From an uncultured Gemmatimonadales bacterium (GTDB taxonomy: Bacteria; Gemmatimonadota; Gemmatimonadetes; Longimicrobiales; Gaopeijiaceae): 64,000 nucleotides of DNA. Shown here piece after piece: positions 57,544 to 64,000 of the stretch; position 1 is the stretch's first letter, and every line of letters begins with the position of its first letter. The position numbers and the translations under genes were made by a program. The notes under the pieces were generated by a model. The model was not told the DNA's origin, made no database searches, and saw only the letters and a program-made list of their open reading frames with translations. The DNA lies in NCBI GenBank assembly GCA_963823035.1, contig CAWGKG010000012.1:224001-288000 (forward strand). The letters are read 5' to 3'.

Positions 57544-58839
57544 CTAGCTTATGTCGTCGCCGACCTCGTCGACCAGGGAGTCCGCGTGCGTGACGCGGTT
57601 CCTCCCGCCTTCCTTCGAGGCGTAGAGCGCCAGGTCCGCGGCGCGAAGCACGCCGGACACGAGCGCGCTCGTGGAGTCGCCGCGCTTGCCGGGGTCCCGG
57701 AGGGTGGCCACGCCCACGCTCGCCGTGAGCCGCCGGAGCTGCCACGGATACGCCTCGATGGAAGCGCGCAGCCGTTCCGCGACGCGGACGGCACCCACGG
57801 CCTCGGCGCCCGGCATGACCACGATGAACTCCTCGCCACCCAGACGCGCCACGATGTCGGCGCTCTGGCGTGTCTCCCGCATGAGCTGGGCGACCTGCTT
57901 CAGCACCTCGTCGCCCGCCGCGTGGCCGAAGTTGTCGTTGAGACCCTTGAAGTCGTCCAGGTCCACGATCAGGAGCGAGCACGGCCCACCGGTCTCCTGC
58001 AGCACGCCGAGGAGTCGCTGCATCTCCTCGAAGAACTTGCGTCGATTCCACAGCCCGGTGAGCGCGTCCGTCACCGCGAGCTTCTCGAGTCCCTCGTTCG
58101 CTTCGCGCAGTTTATGCGCTAGACCCTGGATTCTCTCGCGGCTACGATTGCGCTCCGTGATGTCGGCGAGGGACACCACCGCGTGGAAGGCCCCGTCCAG
58201 CATGATCGGGTTGAGACCGATCTCCACCGGCACCACCTCTCCGTCGCTCCGCACCACGGAAAGGTCGCGACCTTCACCGATGGGGCGTGGCGCCGGATAG
58301 GACTGGAAGCCGGCGCGGAGCTTGGCGTGACGCCCACGCGCCGAGTCCGGCACCAGCTGGTCCACGCTGCGGCCGAGGAGCGCTTCCTTCCCGTAGCGTA
58401 ACAATCGCTCGGCGGCGTTGTTCGCGAGCACGATGGTCCCTTCCTCGTCGACCATGATGAGCGCGATCGGCGAGGACTCGATGGCCGCCTGCTGCAACGC
58501 CTCGGCTCGCTGCTTCTCCGTGACGTCCCAGGCCACCAGGTGGCACAGCTTCTCCTCGGCGTCGATCTGGGCGGACCAGCGGATCCTGCGCAGCACCTCA
58601 CCCACCTGGAACCGGAGCACCGCGGACGCGGTCGGGCGCTCCACCGAGAGCCCGCGGAAGAGGTGCCTGGCGATGCCGTCGTCCCCTTCCAGCACGAAGG
58701 ACGCGAGGGGCTTTCCGTGAAGGGCCTCGGGATCCAGACCGAGGAGGGTCCGAACGGCCGGATTCGCGAGGAGGATGACCCCTTCCAGGTCGGCGACGCA
58801 CAGAACCTCGGGAGCCCGATCGAAGAGTCGATCCGGCAT
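57544..58839 (-). CDS. PAS-PAS-GGDEF diguanylate cyclase
   Basis: Two PAS domains, TDALTGLWNRR, DLDDFKGLNDNFGHAAGD, ARLGGEEF, ADLALYASKEGGRN; start placed at ATG 58839. Confidence 0.92.
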   Translation of the reverse strand: MPDRLFDRAPEVLCVADLEGVILLANPAVRTLLGLDPEALHGKPLASFVLEGDDGIARHLFRGLSVERPTASAVLRFQVGEVLRRIRWSAQIDAEEKLCHLVAWDVTEKQRAEALQQAAIESSPIALIMVDEEGTIVLANNAAERLLRYGKEALLGRSVDQLVPDSARGRHAKLRAGFQSYPAPRPIGEGRDLSVVRSDGEVVPVEIGLNPIMLDGAFHAVVSLADITERNRSRERIQGLAHKLREANEGLEKLAVTDALTGLWNRRKFFEEMQRLLGVLQETGGPCSLLIVDLDDFKGLNDNFGHAAGDEVLKQVAQLMRETRQSADIVARLGGEEFIVVMPGAEAVGAVRVAERLRASIEAYPWQLRRLTASVGVATLRDPGKRGDSTSALVSGVLRAADLALYASKEGGRNRVTHADSLVDEVGDDIS

Positions 58840-59002
58840 GCCGGCTGAGCGGTATCGCTCAGCCCCCCAAGGGGTGGTGGCGACACATATTGTCTTGGGT
58901 CCTCTGAGGGGGCACTTCTCCAAATATTCCCTATTCGGACGTGCAGATCCAGCCTCTTCGAATCGGCCTGCGGCTCTCCGCGCCCGGGCTGCTGCCAACC
59001 TC

Positions 59003-60028
59003 TCAGGTCCGGCGATGCGCCGGGTCCGGGGTCGATACCGGCCGGGGAGCCCCCTCGACCCCTCGGCGCACCCACGCGAGCGCGACGGTCTGCCCGAAAC
59101 GCGGCGAGCGCACGGCGGACGTGACCTTCCCCACCGGCTTGTCGCCCCCCTCCACCACGGAGCTCCGTCCCGGCGGCCGGAGGATCGACCTCCCCCAGCA
59201 TGAGCTGTCGGAGATGCCGATTCACGTGCCCGCGGTCGCGGATGCGCACGATGACCTCCTGACCCGTGTAGCAGCCCTTCCGGTAGTCGATGGCGCGTTC
59301 GTGAATGCCCGCCTCGACCGGGATGGTGGCGTCGTCCATGTCGATGCCGTACTCGGGCCGCCCCGCCTCGACGCGGAGCGTCGTCCACACCGCCTCGTCA
59401 CCAGGCCGCGCACCCGCGGCCGTCAGCGCCGCGCGCGCGGCCGCCATGGACGTCGCCGGACCCGTGAGGACGAACGCCTCCGGAAGGACGTCCCCCGACC
59501 TGCGCACCACGATCGCGTCGGCCACGGACGGACCCACGGACCGCCACGCACCCTCCTCGAGCGCCGACAGCTCGGCCGCTTCCACGCGTAGCCCCAGCAC
59601 GACCCGTGAGAGGAGGGCGGCCGCCTCCGGGCCCACGACCGCGAGACGATCCGGTGTCCGCACTCACGTCCCGCATGCGGGCCAGGCGAGGCGGCAGGTA
59701 GCGCCCGAGGTGCTCGGCCAGGCCCGCCTGACCGCGGGCCGGAACGTCGAGGAGGAAGCCGACGGTCTCCTCTTCGCCCAGGCGGAGGCACCAGAGGTCG
59801 GTGACCATCTTCCCCTTGGGCGTGAGCACGGCGTGGTACGTGGCCACACCACCCACGACCTCGTCGGAGATGGCGGTCGGCTCGGAAGGCATCGTGCCGG
59901 TCAGAATGCCGTCGAGCATCTGCGCGGGCGCGCGTCCATGCACGGCGAGTCGAGCGCGCGCGTTCCGTTCGAAGAGCGCCACGCCCCGCGGTGGCCGCGG
60001 CGTAGGCCCCCTCCGCGGATCCGCTCAC
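59003..60028 (-). CDS. ygfZ: Folate-binding YgfZ/GcvT-family protein; about three frameshifts
   Basis: LTPKGKMV, LRVEAGRPEYG, signature KGCYTGQE, VGKVTSA..SP; GTGA overlap with the upstream gene. Confidence 0.85.
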
Positions 60029-60882
60029 AGGTCCTCCGCCTCGTCGCTCACGCTGCGGCCCGCCTTGAGGTCGTCGAGCATGTCGCGGATGCGATCCGCG
60101 TCACCGGCGCCCGGCGCCAGGTCGAGGTAGGCCTGCAGCTGCTCCACGGCCTCGTCGCGCCTGCCCATGCGCGCAAGCAGCAGCCCCCTCGCCCGGTTCT
60201 CCCCCCGCGAGGTGGGTTGGATGAGGAGGATGCGCTCCACGGCGGCGAGCGCGCGGGTGTGGTCACCCACGTTCCCGTACACGCTCTTCAGGCTCAGGAG
60301 GAGGCGGACGAGCATGTCGCGACGCGACGCCTTGCGCAGGAACGGCTCCTGAACGCGCACCATCCCCCCGTACACCTGGTCGAGCAGCTCCTGGGCCTGG
60401 TCCTGGAAGCGCATTCGGCCTCGGTCGAAGGGGTCGATGAGCAGGTCCATCGCGTCGCCCTTGTAGCGCACCAGGAAATGGCCGGGGAAGTTGACCCCCT
60501 CCAGCGGTAGATGGAGCCGCCACCCCACCTCGAGCACGACCATCCCGAGAGAGAGGGGCATGCCGAGGCCGCGGTCGAGGACGTCGTTCAGGTACGAGTT
60601 GCGGGGATCGTGGTAGGCCTGCCGATTCCCCTGGAAGCCGCGGCGCTGGTAGATCATCGTGAGCAACTCGTCGAGTACCACGAGCGGCGCCGTCTCGTCC
60701 GCGAGGCGGTCCTTCACCTCCTCCGCCATCTGGTCGAGGCGCGCCAGGTAGAGCTCGACCGAGATCTGCGGATACTCCTCCTTGGCCACCAGCAGCGCCG
60801 CCCGTGCCATGTCCAGCTCGGCTTCGGGGCGCGAGACCTCCACGGCGAGGAGGTGTCTCGTTGAGGGCATCGGTGCGGGCAT
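60025..60882 (-). CDS. SirB1/YchA family transglutaminase-like plus TPR protein
   Basis: GFQGN..YHDPRNSYLNDVLDRGLGMPLSL, GVNFPGHFLV, IDPF, TPR RARGLLLARMG...YL. Confidence 0.92.
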   Translation of the reverse strand: MPAPMPSTRHLLAVEVSRPEAELDMARAALLVAKEEYPQISVELYLARLDQMAEEVKDRLADETAPLVVLDELLTMIYQRRGFQGNRQAYHDPRNSYLNDVLDRGLGMPLSLGMVVLEVGWRLHLPLEGVNFPGHFLVRYKGDAMDLLIDPFDRGRMRFQDQAQELLDQVYGGMVRVQEPFLRKASRRDMLVRLLLSLKSVYGNVGDHTRALAAVERILLIQPTSRGENRARGLLLARMGRRDEAVEQLQAYLDLAPGAGDADRIRDMLDDLKAGRSVSDEAEDL

Positions 60883-61006
60883 CGTCCCATTCTGCAAGGG
60901 TCCGGAGGAACCATGCTTACACCGCTTGCGTCCCTGGTTTCCGGTCGCGCCCCGTGGGTGGGCCCTCCACACTTGCCAAGCGGCGCGCGTGGCGGGATCC
61001 TCCGTC

Positions 61007-61609
61007 ATGCGAACGCTCGCCCTCGCCGTCTCGCTCGTGCTGCTCGCCGCCCCGGCCTCCGCCGGGGCACAGGGCGTGCGCGGGGTCGGTCTCTTCGGCG
61101 GAAGCGTCGAGTCCCGGCAGACCCGGACACGGGAGGATGCCTCCGACCCGCGGACGGGGATCCTGGCCGGTGCCTGGGTCGACGTGGAGGTTTCCCCCGG
61201 CCTCTGGAGCGTGCTGGCTGAGGCGGAGTACGTGGAGCGCGGTGGCGAGTTCGCCGGCGACGTGGACGGGGGAGTGGTGGAGGCGGACTACCTCGGAATG
61301 ACCGTCGCACCCGAATGGCACCTGGACGTGGCCTTCGTGGGCGCGTTCGCCTACGGCGGGCCGACGCTCGAACTCTCCATGCGCACCCGCTCGAGCGCCA
61401 ACCTCGCGGGGGCGTACCAGAACCCCGCCGGCCAGGTGTTCTCGGTGACGGCGGGAGGGGGTGTGGAGCTGCGCATCCCCCCCGGGTACGGATTCAGGCT
61501 CGAGATGCGGCACGTCGAGGGGCTGTCACCGGCCTTCACGGGCGACGCCGGAGACTTCAAGCACCGCTCGACGGAGATCCTCGTGCGCGTGGGCCGACAC
61601 GGCACGTGA
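61007..61609 (+). CDS. Outer-membrane beta-barrel protein (OmpA-like/porin family)
   Basis: Signal peptide MRTLALAVSLVLLAAPASAGA; alternating beta-strand pattern EAEYVERG, AYGGP, GGGVE, LEMRH. Confidence 0.7.
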   Translation: MRTLALAVSLVLLAAPASAGAQGVRGVGLFGGSVESRQTRTREDASDPRTGILAGAWVDVEVSPGLWSVLAEAEYVERGGEFAGDVDGGVVEADYLGMTVAPEWHLDVAFVGAFAYGGPTLELSMRTRSSANLAGAYQNPAGQVFSVTAGGGVELRIPPGYGFRLEMRHVEGLSPAFTGDAGDFKHRSTEILVRVGRHGT

Positions 61610-62520
61610 GGTCAGCGAGAGAGAGCCGCCTGGCGGCGATGGGGCTCGGGGCGGCGTTCTTCCTTTCCTGCGGCGCCGTGCTCGCCTCTCCCGAGCCGCC
61701 CGGCCCGGAGGGGTGCTACGACGTCCACGTGGGGCTCTGGCGCGCGGTGACCGATGAGCCCGCCGACCGGCCTCGCCTTCCCCCGGAGCGCGCGAGCGAC
61801 TCGACGGCGTACGTGCTTCCGCCCCGTGTCCAGCTCACCGACCGGCCGCTTCGGCCTCCCGCCGGGGAGGGGTGGCTGAGCGCCGCCGCGCCCGAAGGAG
61901 CGCTTCCGACCGGCCACCGCCATCAGGGCTGGCGCCCCTCTCCGGAGGGGGGGATCCTCCTCTGGTTCGCGGCGGCGAGATCGGGCGTGCGAGCGCGTCT
62001 CGACGAGGCCCGGTCCGGGTTCGCGGGCCGCCTGCGCACCTTCGACGTCGATGACCGAGCCCAGCTCTACGAGCGGGACGTGACGCTGTCGCGGGTGGAC
62101 TGCGCGTCCCCGCCCCCGGCCACGCCCGATGCCTTGAGGCCGCTGCCGCGCACCGTACGGCTCCAGGGCGGCGGCACCCTCCTCCTGGGTGCGCCCGCCC
62201 CCGAGGGGATCGTCACGGCCGCCCGCCCTTCCGGAGCGGCGGGGGTGACGGGTCGTACCGTCGGGCTCTTCGCCGGCTCGGACTCCGTGGCCTACCGCAT
62301 CGGGGCCAACGACGGACGCATCGGCGTGGTTCAGCTCATCTTTCCGGGCCCCGCCACGGGGGATGCGCTCATCGAACGGATCACGCGCGCGTTCGGGCCG
62401 CCGGACGACAACACCGCCGTACCCGGAGCCTGGTGGCACAACCGCGTCACGGAGGTGTCCGTGATCACGTCCCAGGGCGGCGGCTACCGGGTGCTGCTGC
62501 AGGATCCGCGCTCCTGGTGA
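61606..62520 (+). CDS. Hypothetical exported protein
   Basis: GTGA overlap with the barrel gene; hydrophobic N-terminus (LGAAFFLSC, possible lipobox); no family recognised. Confidence 0.6.
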   Translation: MRSARESRLAAMGLGAAFFLSCGAVLASPEPPGPEGCYDVHVGLWRAVTDEPADRPRLPPERASDSTAYVLPPRVQLTDRPLRPPAGEGWLSAAAPEGALPTGHRHQGWRPSPEGGILLWFAAARSGVRARLDEARSGFAGRLRTFDVDDRAQLYERDVTLSRVDCASPPPATPDALRPLPRTVRLQGGGTLLLGAPAPEGIVTAARPSGAAGVTGRTVGLFAGSDSVAYRIGANDGRIGVVQLIFPGPATGDALIERITRAFGPPDDNTAVPGAWWHNRVTEVSVITSQGGGYRVLLQDPRSW

Positions 62521-62561
62521 GCGCCGCCCCACCCCCTCCACCTTCATCCCGAGAGGAGCCC

Positions 62562-63624
62562 ATGGCGGACGAGCCACGGGACCAACGGCCGAGGATCCGC
62601 CTGTCCCAGCTCAGCCACGGAGCCGGTTGAGCGTGTAAGCTCGGGATGTCCGAGCTGACGCAGGTTCTGCGTCACCTTGCTCCGGTGCACGACCCCGACG
62701 CCCTCGTGGACGCTTCCACGGGGGACGACGCCGCCGTGTATCGACTGTCCGCGGATCGCGCCCTGGTGGTGACCGTCGACTTCTTCACGCCCATCGTCGA
62801 CGATCCCTTCGACTTCGGACGCATCGCCGCGGCGAATGCGCTCTCCGACGTCTACGCGATGGGCGCCAAGCCGCTCTTCGCCCTGAACCTGGTGGCGTTC
62901 CCCCGCGGGCTGCTCGGCGAGGGGCTGCTCGAGGAGATCGTGCGGGGCGGGAGCGCGGCCTGCAGCCTGGCGGGCGTGCCCATCCTCGGAGGCCACTCGA
63001 TCGACGACACCGAGCCCAAGTACGGGCTGGTGGCGGTGGGCGAGGTCCACCCGGACCGGATGCTCACCAACGCGGGCGCGCGCCCCGGCGACGTCCTGGT
63101 CCTCACCAAGCCGATCGGTTCGGGTGTGGTAGCGACGGCGATCAAGGCGGGGGCGGCGCCCGAATCCGTGATCGCGGCCGCGGTCGAGGTCATGGCCGCG
63201 CTCAACGGCGGCGCCGCACGCGCGGCCCTGGCGGCCGGCGTGCGCGCCGGCACGGACGTGACGGGCTTCGGCCTCCTCGGGCACCTGCACCGGATGCTGC
63301 GGGCGTCGGGCGCCGCCGCGGAGGTGCGCGCCGCCGACGTGCCGCTCATCGAGGGGGCCGCGGCCCTCGCGGCGGCCGGACACGTGCCGGGAGGCTCCGT
63401 GCGCAACGCAGCCGACCTGAGCGAGGCCCTCTCGTGGGGTCCGGCGATCGCTCAGCCGGTGCGGACACTCCTGGCGGATGCCCAGACCTCGGGCGGCCTC
63501 CTCCTGTGCGTCGAGCCCGGCGCGCTCGAAGGAGCTGCGCGCCGGGCTCGACGGGAATGCGCTCGCCGCAGCCGTGGTGGGTGAGGTGACGGAGGGGCCC
63601 GCGGGCACCATCACCGTCTCCTGA
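62562..63624 (+). CDS. selD: Selenide, water dikinase (selenophosphate synthetase) with Sec at codon 23; frameshift near 63530
   Basis: AGGAG RBS; RLSQLSHGAG-[TGA 62628-62630]-ACKL; GDDAAVY, TVDFFTPIVDDPFDFGRIAAANALSDVYAMG, GGHSI, TDVTGFGLLGH, DAQTSGGLL. Confidence 0.96.
62631..62661 (+). promoter_or_regulatory. Bacterial SECIS hairpin
   Basis: Directly 3' of the UGA: GCGT/ACGC lower stem, AGCTCGG (62638-62644)/CCGAGCT (62650-62656) upper stem, GATGT loop. Confidence 0.8.
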
Positions 63625-63658
63625 TCCCACCGCCGCCGGTCGCGGCGGACGTCCGGCA

Positions 63659-64000
63659 TCAGGGGGCGGATACCCCCGCTTCCTCCTGCTTCTTGCGGCC
63701 GCCGCGCTGCTTGCGCGGCGCCTTCTTCACCTTGGTATCCTCGTTGAGGAGCGCCACCGCCATCACCTCGTCCAGCGTCTCCACCATGTGGATGGTGAGC
63801 GTCTCCTGCACGTCCGGCGGGATGTCCTCCAGGTCGGCCTCGTTCTCCAGCGGCACGATGATCTCGGTGATCCCGGCCCGAACGGCGCCCAGGACCTTCT
63901 CCTTCAGCCCGCCGATCGGCAGGACCCGGCCGGTGAGCGTGAGCTCCCCCGTCATCGCGACGTCGTGGCGGGCCTTCCGTCCCGAGAGCGCGGACACGAG
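63659..64000 (-). CDS. lon: ATP-dependent protease La, 3' end (truncated by window edge)
   Basis: [31 protein letters not shown]. Confidence 0.95.
   Translation of the reverse strand, partial: LVSALSGRKARHDVAMTGELTLTGRVLPIGGLKEKVLGAVRAGITEIIVPLENEADLEDIPPDVQETLTIHMVETLDEVMAVALLNEDTKVKKAPRKQRGGRKKQEEAGVSAP

Noticed and set aside
57544..59388. 614-aa cyclase with a long N-terminal extension
   Set aside because: The first 183 residues are an off-frame read of ygfZ plus intergenic DNA; the PAS domain starts near 58839
59003..60028. gcvT completing the glycine cleavage system
   Set aside because: The KGCYTGQE motif identifies YgfZ; a true gcvT is not in the window

Overview
High-GC bacterial chromosome segment, densely coding and mostly housekeeping. 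Gene content (three ADOP-type duplicated ABC permeases, two of them behind PadR genes, alternative complex III, beta-propeller lipoprotein) suggests Gemmatimonadota or a related phylum; this is inference only. Left to right: peptide ABC transporter (oppD'CBA), lipoate ligase, MBL hydrolase, PadR-ADOP pair, gcvH-gcvP, eIF2B-like protein, acyl-CoA dehydrogenase, tatA, TrmJ-like methylase, GAF-GAF-GGDEF cyclase, hisN, ArsB/NhaD permease, complete actABCDEF operon, MoxR-DUF58-transglutaminase-DUF432-MscS operon, second ADOP permease, NatAB-like ABC exporter with a divergent orphan AbrB-type regulator, a coupled FAD-oxidoreductase/LuxE/LuxC operon without luciferase, gdhA with rsmD and a receiver/PEP-synthase-like protein, Tat-exported D-aminoacylase, ypdA, second PadR-ADOP pair, PAS-PAS-GGDEF cyclase, ygfZ, SirB1-like protein, OM barrel, selenocysteine-encoding selD (UGA plus SECIS hairpin) and the 3' end of lon. 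About 18 genes carry frameshifts, mostly single-base insertions, which most likely reflect long-read consensus errors rather than pseudogenes. No rRNA, tRNA, CRISPR, IS or prophage was recognised. Best leads: the luciferase-less oxidoreductase-luxE-luxC operon with a mirror-image divergent control region, the REC-REC-ATP-grasp protein beside gdhA, Sec-selD, and an ActB that retains the N-terminal 4Fe-4S motif.
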